DNA of 64,000 nucleotides from Trichodelitschia bisporula (taxonomy: Eukaryota): contig ML996691.1 of the NCBI GenBank assembly GCA_010356995.1, forward strand, positions 254,174 to 318,173. Reading direction: 5' to 3'. Positions 53,007 through 64,000 of this stretch are shown here, one piece after another (position 1 is the first letter of the stretch; every line of letters starts with the position of its first letter). The translations under genes were made by a program, and so were the position numbers. The notes under the pieces were generated by a model. That model made no database searches. It had not been told where the DNA came from and saw only the letters and a program-made list of their open reading frames with translations.

Positions 53007-53289
53007 GAACAGCGAATTGTGCCCAATCTCCTCCGCTAGAGCACGCAGAAGACCTTTGTTAAGGTATCGTCCCCGCGTGGCTCAACCCCCCTTTCCCAGT
53101 TGGGAGATGTTTCTCTTTCGTCGCGAGTTGGCCCCTCTCGCCCTCGACCCTCGCAATCGTTTGGAGGCGGCGAAGCCCAGTTCCGCTTCATTGAATAAGT
53201 AAAAAAACTAGACCAGCTTGCTGATGGGAATTGTTGCGCGGTCGCTGTCTGTTCGCAGACCTCATCAAGGTGCTCTGGATCCTCTCGGC

Positions 53290-53440
53290 TATCAAACCTC
53301 TGCCTATCTCAGTGCCAGCAGAGTCAAACCTCTCCTTTAAGTCGTCCCAGATGTCTTTGATCGTTTTGAAGCGTCTCGCATCTTTTTGCAGTTGGTCGCT
53401 CATGGATTGTCCATATCGTTCCCATGGCACTGAGCCTTCC
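53290..53440 (-). mobile_element. Probable Ty1/Copia-like Gag remnant
   Basis: AMGTIW-(frameshift)-QSMSDQLQKDARRFKTIKDIWDDLKERFDS resembles the A...I...S......T.K.IWD.LK..F pattern of Copia Gag (UBN2-type). Confidence 0.55.
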
Positions 53441-53954
53441 GGCACTCCTTGTGAGGTCTGCCTGGGGTGACTCCTCAGCTGTAACAAAAGGAATCCCCAG
53501 GGCCGTCGGGGGATCTTCTAGCCAGTTGAGACACTGGGTAGTGAAGCTGATATCCACCACCGACAGCGCGAACTGACGTACAGTTATGCAGTATACCCGG
53601 AGCTGGTCGGGGGTAGGAGTGTCATGTCCAGCGGAAACACGCAGCCCGGAGGCATGTTGTGGGTAGCCATTTCTGGCATCTCAATCTCGAACAGAGTAAG
53701 TTCCATTGCTTGTGCAAGCCGATCAAAATCAGTGAGGGTTTCTTGCAAACCCGCAAGATGCCCAGGTGGGCATCCGCCCATGCGGATGTTGATGTGAGGA
53801 ATAGTTCGCTGAGGTCTTTTTTCTTGAGAACAGCCTGGAGTTCCAGCGTGTCCGAGAGCCTGGCGCTCTCGGACTTTGACTTGCGGGGTATCGATATGGA
53901 CAGCAGACTCCTAAAGGGTGAGCGCGACGCCATGGCCGAGGCCGAGGTCATCCG

Positions 53955-54170
53955 GCTTTGGACGCAGCTCAATGCTTCTCCAAATACCTGTGCCTTTGTA
54001 CAGGCATTACGGTCAGCGACGGTGTTGAAGGAGTAACAGAAAATAGATGGAAGCCGATGGTGAGAAGTGATTTGCGGTGACGGGCAGGTCCTGAATGTGG
54101 GTGTACATACCAGCTGTTCCAGCGTGTCTCGTTATCGATGCTTAGCGTTCTGCCGCCGCTAAGCTGCGCT
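53955..54170 (-). mobile_element. hAT-family transposase remnant
   Basis: GGRTLSIDNETRWNSW (hAT D..TRWNS motif) is followed by an intron-like GTATGT..GCTGAC..AAG and then HRYLEK/AL(E)LRPK-like sequence with frameshifts. Confidence 0.65.
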
Positions 54171-55198
54171 GGGTCGGCGGACATGTCATGTGTGAGGATG
54201 ATGGCGTTGGACGTTGGCAGCGGATGAGAGTGATGGATGATGGCACTGGATGCCGGCAATGGATGACGGCTATGCGTCTTTGGCCCGCTTGCTGACCTTG
54301 GCAGCCGCTGCCTCCTTCGTGTTCTTCGTCGCCTTCTTGCAGATTGAACAGAGACCGGAGGGGTCAAAAGATCGCGGGTTCTGATCGTTGGGATGGGCGG
54401 TTTGGGTTGTCCTGCTTCTGCGTACTTGGCCGGTGCGGGAGTGAGAGCGCTGGAATTCGTGGACTGGTACACATGATGTGTGGTTGTGGGAGAAGACAAC
54501 TCTGCAATAGAACTCAACTTCCTCAACCTACAAGCTCTTTGACCCCTACTCAACAAGGCTCCTCCCTGACGATAGCAAGGTGAAGTTGCCGTGAGCGATG
54601 GCCGGGAAAGACGATCAAACAATGTGGACCAAGGCCGTAAGAGACCAAATGAGCGGCAATGATGACTTCCTTCCGCATATCCTGGCCCGTGGCGGTGTCG
54701 TATAGCAAATGTCCGGCCTTTGCCTTTTTCGGGTGTGTCGTAGCAGCGTCGTAAAATTCAATCAAGTCCTTTCGTAGGTCCAGCTCGCTGGACTCGAGGT
54801 ATAAAGAACGGAAGCGACGAACGTAGGCATCAATATCTACCTGGGAAACAATATGTTCCCTATTAGATAAGAAAATCTGTGCCTGTCTGCCTTGATGGCA
54901 TGGTGTTCCCCTTGTGGGTGAAACAGCGTCGCCAATGTCTGCACGAAAGTGGCGAAAAGGACCGTGAGGGGGGGCGGCGGCGCGAAGGACACGGCCTCGT
55001 CTGAGGTAATGCTGATGGGCGTCATAAGAAAAACCATCGCCGCTTCGGTCGGGGGAGGTTCGGAAGCGAGAAGAGAGAGGGGAGCAAGAATGAAATTGAG
55101 CTTTGAGGTTCGTGGATGGAGCTGATGGGTGGAGGTTGGGTGGGGAAAGGATGCTCGCAAATAGAGGTCGTCGCCCGAGGAGAGTTTAGAGATGGAGC

Positions 55199-55354
55199 TG
55201 ATGGATGAAGTTGATGGATGAAGTTTATGGACGATGTTGATGGATGAAGTTGATGGATGAAGTTGATGGATGAAGTTGATGGATGAAGTTGATGGATGAA
55301 GTTGATGGATGAAGTTGATGGATGAAGCTGATGGATGAAGTTGATGGATGAAGT
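55199..55354. repeat. Minisatellite, 12 copies of 13-bp TGATGGATGAAGT
   Basis: 12 consecutive units counted; copies 3 and 10 are variant. Confidence 0.95.
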
Positions 55355-55837
55355 CGAGTGATGAAGAGGACAAAGATGGGTCGAAAGAAAAGAGCGAGGT
55401 CGTCCCGCATATATACCCAGTCCCCAGCCGAGACAGCAAGAGCGAACATCCCCAGCATAATCGCAGGAAGGAGCCCACCACGTACGGAAGGAAACCAACG
55501 AACGGACCCCCCTGCCAGATCTCGACGACATCGGAAGCCCCCGTCGTCATATCCACCTCAGCATCAGCAACCTCGTATCGCAAGATCCATCTCACAGCCA
55601 TCAATTCGTTCATACCTACGCCTATACACAATTTACCCTCATCATCCAACCAGTCGATCTGGAAAACGCCTATCCAACGGAATCAGCGATGAAAAGGGTA
55701 TCTCCCCCCCAGCACCCAAAAACACCACCCTCTATAATGCGCCGGAAAACGACAGAACAAGAATAGCAAACCAACCCGAAAATAAGCACCATCATAGGTA
55801 TCATCACACGTCCCGGCGCCACCCTTGTGCATCCCCC

Positions 55838-57602
55838 TCAAGCCCCTCCAGGCGTCTTCTTCTGCGGCCTCTTCCCCTTCCCATCCCTCCCCTTCCCCTC
55901 CCCCCCCTTCCCCTTATCAGCCTCCCCATGCAGCACCTCCTCCCCATCCCTAACCCCAAACCTCCTCAAATCCTNNNNNNNNNNNNNNNNNNNNNNNNNN
56001 NNNNNNNNNNNNNNNNNNNATCCTCACCCCCCCCCCATCAACCCAATGCTTAAGCCGACAATGATCCTCGTCCCTCCCCTGACACACTTTCTTCCGTCCC
56101 AGGCGCTTGAACCGCGGGCCCAGCGGGCCGTTGACGTAGTGATACTGGCCTGCGAAGCGGTACTGCCGCGCGTCGTTCAGTGCGTAGAACTTGTCGCCCC
56201 AGTGGCCCCAGAAGTAGAACCAGCTGGTGGGGGCGCGGGGGTTGGCGGTGGACGCGCGCAGTTTGTCGGATGTGGCGTTGTAGGTGTAGCTCCGCAGGTT
56301 GAGCGCCGGATCCCACAGCGGGCCGCGGTCCGTCGCGTCGTGCAGCAGGCCGAAGGGGAGCACATAGGTATGTATGCCAGGCGTGGCATACATAGCGTGA
56401 GTCCCAGTAGCAGAGTACGAAACCGGCTGCAGTGATCAGCTCCCAAAACTCAACCGATCAAAAAAGTACGAGAAACCTACCCGTTCCCCAATCTTCTCCA
56501 CCGCCTCCCAGCTATACGCCTCCCCATCATCATGCTCGCTAAAAAACACCGCCTTCGGCTTCCCCTTGTAGAACCGAATCACCGTGTGCTCCCAGTCGCC
56601 CACGTGATTGCCGAACCGCACGTTGAACACCTTGTTCCCCAGGTTGTAGCTGTAGAAATAGAACCAGAATGCGTCTACCACGCCCCCGCCCTTGTCCACC
56701 ACAATCAATGTCACGGGTGCGTCGCTCCGACCGCCAGCACTCTCCTTCTTTGCAGTCTCCTCGCTACGCCGCCGCAGGTCGGTTTTCGGCTTCGGCTTCA
56801 CCTGCCCCTTCACCACGGCCGTCTTGTTCCCATTTCCCATCTTATCGTCATCCAGACTGAGCCCGTCCTCAGGCGCATACCACCACTCATCAAACTCCGG
56901 GTCGTCTTTGTCAGGCGGATCCGTCTCAGGACGCCAACTCCAGCGGCCATGCCGCGCCGGCACATAATCAGGGCGCTTACGCGGATCCGCCTCACCAGGC
57001 GGCAAATCGGGGATATTCTTCTCCCCACCTAGCCAATCCGGGCGCTGCTCCACATTGTCGTTGCTCGTCAGGAACACGTTTTTGCCGAAACGATTCAATT
57101 CGCCGAGATTGGACAGATTGGGATGGCGCCATGGGTTGAAGATAGGGGTGTAGTTTAGGAATGGGGTCGTGTGGATTAGATGCTCTGCGATGTCGCCGGG
57201 CCAGAATTCTTCTTGGCTGAAGAGGTGCACGTACGGTGCGTGCTTCAGCACATACTCGGGCACCTCGCGCAACTTGAGCTCGCGCTCATCCCACGAGTCG
57301 AAGTCGTCGGGACCCGATTCCCAGAACGATGTGGAATTGGGACGCTTCTCGCCCGAGCCGACCGAACGCGGAACCGGGTAATCAAAGTCCCAAGCACTGG
57401 GATGCAGCGCATGCGACAGGCCACAGATCCCGAGCCAACGACACGCCGTCCGATCAGCCCATGACTTCGAGCTCGCGATCCAGTCCTTGTCCTCGAGCGC
57501 CTCCGCAGTCGTAGGTATAGTAGCAAAGTGACCCACCACCACGGTGATGGTGATGAAGGAGGCGAGGACGGAGAGGATGGCGACCTTGGAGAGGAGAAGC
57601 AT
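55838..57602 (-). CDS. Vps62-like protein with N-terminal signal anchor; 3' end uncertain because of the gap
   Basis: Exon 1 is 57602-56481 and exon 2 starts at 56426. Motifs YVLKHAPYVHLFSQEEFWP, VDAFWFYFYSYNLG, FGNHVGDWEH, PKAVFFSEH, YSATGTHAMYA, TDRGPLWDP, GHWGDK and GPLGP. The stop at 55838 is a guess beyond the N run. Confidence 0.85.
55975..56019. other. Assembly gap (45 N)
   Basis: Run of N in the sequence. Confidence 1.
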
Positions 57603-58714
57603 GGAGGGCACGAGGAGGGCGTCGAGGGGGTTGTTCTGCAGATCCGCTCGTAGGGCGGCGGGAGGGGGGGCGGCTAGCGATACGGACGAGGCGGAGAGGT
57701 GGTTGTTATAAAGGGCATGGGGGCGCGTGAGCGGAGAGTGCGGAATGGTTAAGGCGGCGGAGGTGGGGAAGGCAGGTTGGGCCAGCTGGGCATGTTGGGG
57801 GAGGACAGCGGGCACTGCGGCGGTAAATGTTATGGTTAGCCAGTAACCAGGGAACTGGGAAGGTCCGTGAGAGGCTGAATAAGGTGTATGAGGATTGGGT
57901 GGTCTATGACTAGTAGAACCAGTCTGCGGATGTTGGCGGATGATTTGTGTGCTTGCTCTGCGTGAGATGCGCAGCGCCAAGCGGCCGGACTTCGGATGAT
58001 TTGAAAGATTTTCGGAGTTTGGAGCAATAGGACAATGGAGAAGGAGATCTTACTTGGCCTTGATTGCTTACTGAATGGATGCGTCCTGGGATATTCAGCA
58101 GGAGGAGCACTTGGCTTCTGAAGCAGAGGACATGGAATGTCGACTTTGACAAGGGCAGCGACAGGCGATGTTCCTGTAGAGTAGCGGGAGGCGATGAGGG
58201 GTTGGGCTATCTAACAAGGATCGTTTCAACCAGAGAGCGGGCCCTGCATATAGCACGCAGGAGGTGAATGATAGCTAGTGGCAGAGGTGGGTAGTGAATA
58301 GGCGGATAACCTTAGGTGGAGGTTGAAGATTGAGGATGAAAGAGGTTTGCGACAAAAGCTGAGATAAGAGGGAACAGGAATTGTCTCCGTCCAACCCTCA
58401 CACGCATTCTTACTAACCCTCTCCTGCTCTCTCACCCAAGGGGAGGACAAGGCCTGGCCACGTCTTCCAACTTGTGACGTTCCCTGCGTCAGAAACTAAT
58501 CACCAGCCCCCCTCCCACACACACTCCCACCATCCCCACGTGATACTCCTACGCCAGCGGCGCTTTGAGAGGCTGAGATGCAAAAGCTTAGCTCCATCTT
58601 CTTTCCCATACCCAGAATAGCGCCCTAATCGGGTAATCCGGCCGTTAGTGATCGAAGCAACTATTGGCGCAAAAGCTTGCTGTGACATCCCTTGCTGTGA
58701 CCATCTTTGTCACC

Positions 58715-59756
58715 ATGGCCGACTCCGACAGTGAGTGGGAGTACGAGTATTCTACCACAGAGACAGAAGTAGCAACTCCGGCCTTTTTTTTAAGATTTCG
58801 ACTAACAGGAACCACAGGATCACTATGTCCTCCTCACCCTCCCCCCCGACGAACCCGCCCGCCACCGCAAACCCGGCGAACACGACATCTTCCAACCCGT
58901 CGTCCCCTTCGTCCCGCGCAAACGCAAGAAACGTCCCCGCCGTGTCCCCCACGCCGTTCTCAACCTCGACGACGATGGCACCGAAGCGTCCACTCCCCAA
59001 AACACCACAGGCTCTTCCACCAGCCGACTCGAAGAGCAAGTAAGCGACCCCGACGCTTCCTCTGATAATGCTTCCGAGGGAGCGGGCTCGGACGACGACG
59101 AGAACGATAACGCCTCAGACGCGTCCTCGGCACCCAGCTTCGTCGCCACCGACCCAGTGCCCGAAACCTCCCCCCCCGCTCTGCAACTCCTGGACCTCGC
59201 CTCCAACCAACCGCTCATCTCCTTCCGCGGCCGCCTATACGCCGGCACCTGGGCGCAGGCCCTCGGCACAGACCTCCTCTTCTCCCGAAGGCACATCGCA
59301 GCCACAGCCACGGAGGAAGAGCGCCGCGTGACGCGCGCATTCGACGAGTGGGACCTGCTAGCAGTGGGCGTGGCAAGACTCGTTGGGCGTAGGGCGCGGG
59401 TTGTGCCCAAACGGGCGGAGGGGGAGGAAGTACCGGATCTGGGGGGGAGGAAGAGGGGACGGAGGGGGAAGGGCGAGTTGGAACGCGCGCAGAGGGTGAA
59501 GCAGGAGAGGTTTTTGGTGGATTTGGAGAGGGTGAGGGCGGAGATGGGGGAGGTTACGATGCCGGCTGTGCTGGTGCAGTATCCGGATGAGGAGGTTATG
59601 GTGGTGGATGGGGGTGGGGGTGGGGAAGTTCAGGCTGGTGCTGTCGAAGGTGAGGGTGCTCAGGGAGGCGTGGAAGGCGTGGAAGGCGTGGAAGGCGTGG
59701 AAGGCGTGGAAGGCGACGTTGTCATGGCGGATGCGGGAAGTGGTGCTGCGTCGTGA
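58715..59756 (+). CDS. TFIIIC triple-barrel (subunit 6-like) domain protein, 330 aa
   Basis: Exons 58715-58768 and 58818-59756. EWEYEYSTTETE|DHYVLLTL and LQLLDLASNQPLISFRGRLYAGTWAQALGTDLLF match the split domain. The tail has a (GVE)n coding repeat. Confidence 0.75.
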
Positions 59757-61830
59757 GGGCCTGCTTGAGAGAAAGGACAGCAGTTACGGTTCGGCGTTAG
59801 GACTACATATACCCAGCAGAGAATCCTCTGCAAACCTCAATTCGAACATCGAAGCTCATCCACCGCAAATCTGCAGTTTCAACTTGATCTTCCCCACACC
59901 AGGCGCCACCATCAAGAAACTCCTACCATCTCACTGCCGCAATGGACGGCGAATATGGCCCTGGCATGCGTCGCGTGAAGATCCACCCTCCCATCAAGGA
60001 GAGGCCGCTTAAGTTCGAGACGATTGGGTATCCTCTGTGAGTCTTACATTCTACTGAAGACAACTGACCTTTCTGACACCCAGGCAGCATGTTCACCGTA
60101 TTCGTCGTCACGACGGCAAAGTACTGCTTCATGCTCGGCAACTACAAGCCGAACTACAAAAAGAATCCGGATGGGACGCGCAAGATTTGACGAGCGCTAG
60201 TGCACGTCGGGTGCATTATCGCGGTTAGAATAACGGAGCGAGGATGATGAGCGTTGCTTCAGAGCCAATTTGGATTTACATGTCTGCTTCAATTTGTCCG
60301 CATACTTCCGGGAGCAGGATATAAGCGGGCAGGACCCCGCCGGCTGGTCTGCTCCTTCGCAGGCGAGGCACCAGGCACACAGAGTTACCCGTACCCAGCC
60401 GGGTTGGCATGTACGCTAGTTCGCATCACAGGTGTACATTCGCTGGCAACAGCCATATATACACACACTTAAGCATGTCCATCACTTCTGCTTAAACCCC
60501 TGCTCGTCATCCCTCACGCTCAATTCCTTCGTGTCCACTTTCTCAACCCGCGCGGCGCGGGGCCCTTGGTGCAGATACTCGACGAAGGCATCGAGCTTGG
60601 GGGGTGGGCCTTGGGCTTCGCCTGCGACCTGGACGGGTTAGATTGATGGGAGGGCATTTTTTGTTTTGGGGGGGGGGGGGAGTGTACGCTGCCGTCGGAC
60701 TCGTTGCGCACCCAGCCGGTTAGACCGTTGGTTTGGGCGTTGCGGACGGTGGTGTCGCTGCGCTGTTACTTGGGTGATGGGAGTGGTGGGGGGCATGAGG
60801 TACCGGAAGAAGACGCCTTGGACGCGGCCTTCGACTTTGAAGGAGATCTGGAGGGGGGGGATGGGTTAGCTGTTGATTAGGGAGCGGGGGGACGGACTCG
60901 TTTGAGCATTGCGGTGGTTGGGGGGGTTTATGGTCTATCTTGAAGCTATGGAGATGAGGCCGTCGCCGCTTTATTGTTGCGCGTCACCCCCACGGCATCG
61001 ATGACGCAGGGACGACAGGTACGAAGCACGTGTTCACGCGCGAAGCCTGTACATCCGGAAGGGGAGATTTGTGCATCTATTCTTTTCTTTCCTTCTTCGT
61101 CTCGTATCTTCGTCTTTCGTACACGCGATGATAATCCTGCGGGAAGCGAAGCGTGATGCTTCATTATTCTTCAGCTGCAAGACATATGCTCCTCGTTAAT
61201 TAGCCCAGGAACAGCGGCCACGACATTTCTCCGTCCACCTTGTAAATAACCGCCCGAGGTGTTCCGCCGCCGCATCCCGGCCCTTTGAGTGCATGCAATT
61301 GCCCTTCCCCATCCCACACCGTGACTCGTTAACTGCCCCGCGTCGACGATCTTCCACATCTCCAAAACCCTCTCCACTCCTCGATCGTGGTAGTATTCCC
61401 TCCATCAAACTCTGCCTTCCTCCTCTTCCAGCATCCTATCCAACGCAGCATCTCATCCCCAGCGATCCAGTGCACCCAAGCCCCACCCGAACAATTCAAC
61501 GGGATTGGGGATATTGCATGTGGCCCCTGCGCCCTGCCACGCCTGCGAACATTGAGATTATTGGCGTCGGCTTGCCCCCCTATCCTTTCGCCAGACAAAC
61601 CGCGATCCTCGCCTTCACTACCAACTCGTAATTCGACTACCGCTCCCTTTACGCTCCCTACCTCTCCGCGTCCAGCCTGACAAACACATCTCGCCGCACC
61701 CTCGGAAACGCAGGAACGCCGTTCGCCGCACCGCGTGATTGGCAGCTAGCCGACACCCATCGTCACCCGTCTCACCATACGTAGCAATCTACATAACCCT
61801 CTCCGCACCACGCTCCGCATACCACTCAAC

Positions 61831-63551
61831 ATGCCCGACTCCTTCACCACCGACACCTCCTCACGCACCGCAGCGTCCTCCACCATGCCCCCCCCAGGCC
61901 CCTCCACCGCCCCAGACACCCCAACCTCCCCCCCCACCCTCCCCAGCCTAACCCTCGACTATATCCCGACGCTCGACCGCAGCGTCAGCACCGCCTCCAG
62001 CACAGTCTCCAGCCTAAGCCGGCGCAGCTCCTCCTCCCGCCTCTCCGACAGCGCCTCCTCCACCCACCCCATCGCCACAAAACGGCGCGGGTACATGCGT
62101 CCCCAAGCAACCAGCTTCGCCGAGAGCGCGAAAGCGCGCGAAAGCGTCATGAGTCTAGGCTCCATTGCGCATTTGCAGTATTACTTCGCGAGAACCGGGT
62201 TGTTGGATGGGAAAGGGGCGCAGTTGGCGCAGGAGAGTGAGAAGAGTTTGAAGAGGAAGAAGAGTGGGGTGTTTGGGGAGGCGGATGGGCAGGAGCCGGC
62301 GGCAACGGGGTTGCGGACGCCGAGGATGAATGTGAGGGCGGCGAGCATGCCGCTCCCGAGCCAGTCGCCCAGTTTCCTGTCTGCGGATGGGGCGGAGTCA
62401 TGTGCGCTGTCCGACGGCGGGCTTGCGGATAGTCCCGTCGATGGCGAGGACGCGGACTGGGACGAGATGATGCTCCCGCCGACGGTGAGCACGTACAACC
62501 AGCGGCCGGCGTACGTGGCCCCGCCGCCGGATCTGACGATGCTGCGGAGGGAACTGACGGAGGGGTTGGAGGATGCGCTTAAGGTGCTTAAGGAGACGGA
62601 TAAGAGCCCGGATGGTGAGGGAATATCTTTTCGGGTGGTTGGAGCTAAGCTAATGGTGGAGCAGACGGCCAGGGCTGGTATGAAATTCAGGGCTTGCATC
62701 TGCTTGATATTACGACGCTGGCGATCCGCGCGGCTAAGAATTACTACACCGCGCACACGCAGCCTGCGCGTCTCTACGCCATCAAGCCCGAGCGCCAGAT
62801 TCGCGGTGACCTGTACCAGGTACTCGAGATACTCAAGAGAATGGCGGCGCGCAATTTCGCCGGCGGGATAAGGCAACAGGAGAAAGTGGGGATACTGACG
62901 TGGATCGTCGGCATTAGCGAGCTTATCCAAGCGGAGATTGATGGGGAGAAGAGGGAGGTTGAGGAGAGGGGGCGGTGGGTGTGGCGGACGGGGGATTGGA
63001 CGGGCAGGGAGAGGGAGAGGGAACGGGCGTTTGTGAAGAGTTTCCTCCCGCCGCTGAGCGAGGCGGTGATCCAGGCGGCGCGCACGCCGACGGGGAAGAC
63101 GCCGGTTGTGCTGGAGGGGAATGTCCCGACTGAGGAACTGCCGACGGACGAGGTGCCGGAGTGGATCGACCCGTCTACGCTGCCCGACGAAGACCTGCCG
63201 ACGGACTGGATGCGCTATTTCGCGTCCGGCCTGCGGCTGATTCAACTACATAACGCGCTTGTCCGCGCCAGTCGGCGTTCCTTCGAAGAGATAGGCAAGT
63301 TCCACATCGACACCGCGAAGCCATATCGCCGGGCTGAGAATCTGCGTTTCTGGCTCAAGGCCGCGGAGCTCAGATGGGAGGTTGGGCTTAGGGTGGATGT
63401 AGGCGGGGTGGTTGCCGGGGACAAGGGCGCGTTGAGGGGGTTTGATGAGGCCGTGCTGAAGTGGTGTCGGGCGGTGAGGGAGGAGATGGAGGGGGAGTGG
63501 GGGGAACGGGTGGGGAGGAGGGCACCGATGGTGAGGGTGCAGACGGAGTGA
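61831..63551 (+). CDS. Conserved fungal protein with probable C-terminal calponin-homology-like domain, 556 aa
   Basis: Exons 61831-62614 and 62665-63551. Blocks RESVMSLGSIAHLQYYFARTGLL, GWYEIQGLHLLDITTLAIRAAKNYY and FASGLRLIQLHNALV...YRRAENLRFWLKAAELRW (CH-like G..L..L.N / EN...F). Confidence 0.8.
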
Positions 63552-63755
63552 TTGCGGGGGTTCTGAGAGGGTTCTGAGAGGGTTGTACATATCGTGGGGG
63601 GATTCGGAGCGGGCGTTGGGTTTTTACATATTACGGAGGGTAGGCCATTTGTACAGGCCCGGCATTTTTGCGGTTACAGAGGCGATCAACAGAGGCGATC
63701 CACAGCGAGCAGTTATGGATTGAGGCATTGGAGGTACGGGTACATATCATGCTGT

Positions 63756-63842
63756 CTGTATGTCCGTAGACGTATGGGCTCTTTGTTAATGGTGATGGCC
63801 TGTATGTCCGTAGACGTATGGGCTCTTTGTTAATGGTGATGG
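63756..63842. repeat. Perfect 43-bp direct repeat with 44-bp period
   Basis: ctgtatgtccgtagacgtatgggctctttgttaatggtgatgg occurs at 63756 and 63800. Confidence 0.95.
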
Positions 63843-64000
63843 GTGTGCTGTGGTGATTGCATTTTGAAAGTGGTATCTGATGTGACGCTGTGGCTTGTGG
63901 TACGGGATGGTACAGCGCACAAGGGATGAGGTGCATATGCGCGTCGCCGCGGATGGCAGGATGGCAGCCTGGGGCGCACCGAGATATGTGGGGTGGGGGG

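Noticed and set aside
55199..55354. CRISPR-like array or repeat-protein ORFs (54837-55649, 55022-55531)
   Set aside because: The units are contiguous 13-mers with no spacers, in a eukaryotic context. The ORFs are by-products of a repeat that has no stop codon on the minus strand.

Overview
Eukaryotic DNA from a filamentous ascomycete (Pezizomycotina-type genes, short GT-AG introns with CTRAC/CTAAC-like branch sites). I reconstructed 15 apparently intact protein-coding genes by hand, most of them spliced: a GH47 alpha-1,2-mannosidase, a RED_N splicing-factor-like protein, a UIM/RGG/VBM-motif protein, a Reb1/Nsi1-like Myb protein, two conserved hypothetical proteins, a HET-6-like protein, a 3156-aa DUF6606/DUF3638/DUF3645-type P-loop ATPase, Rpn6, eL27, the divergent glfB/glfA galactofuranose pair, a Sec24-family (Sfb3/Lst1-like) protein, a TFIIIC triple-barrel-like protein and a CH-domain-like protein. 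A 16th, a Vps62-like gene, has a 45-N gap in its 3' end. Two gene-poor stretches (about 1-7.2 kb and 52.2-55.4 kb) hold decayed fragments: a PIF1/Helitron helicase, a Gypsy chromodomain, a Copia-like Gag, a hAT transposase and an NLR winged-helix piece. The best candidate for an undescribed system is the roughly 13-kb accessory-looking island at 21.5-34.5 kb, where a HET cell-death effector sits next to a giant ATPase whose motifs match SecA-type SF2 translocases in order. All family calls come from motif recognition by eye; no searches or computations were run.
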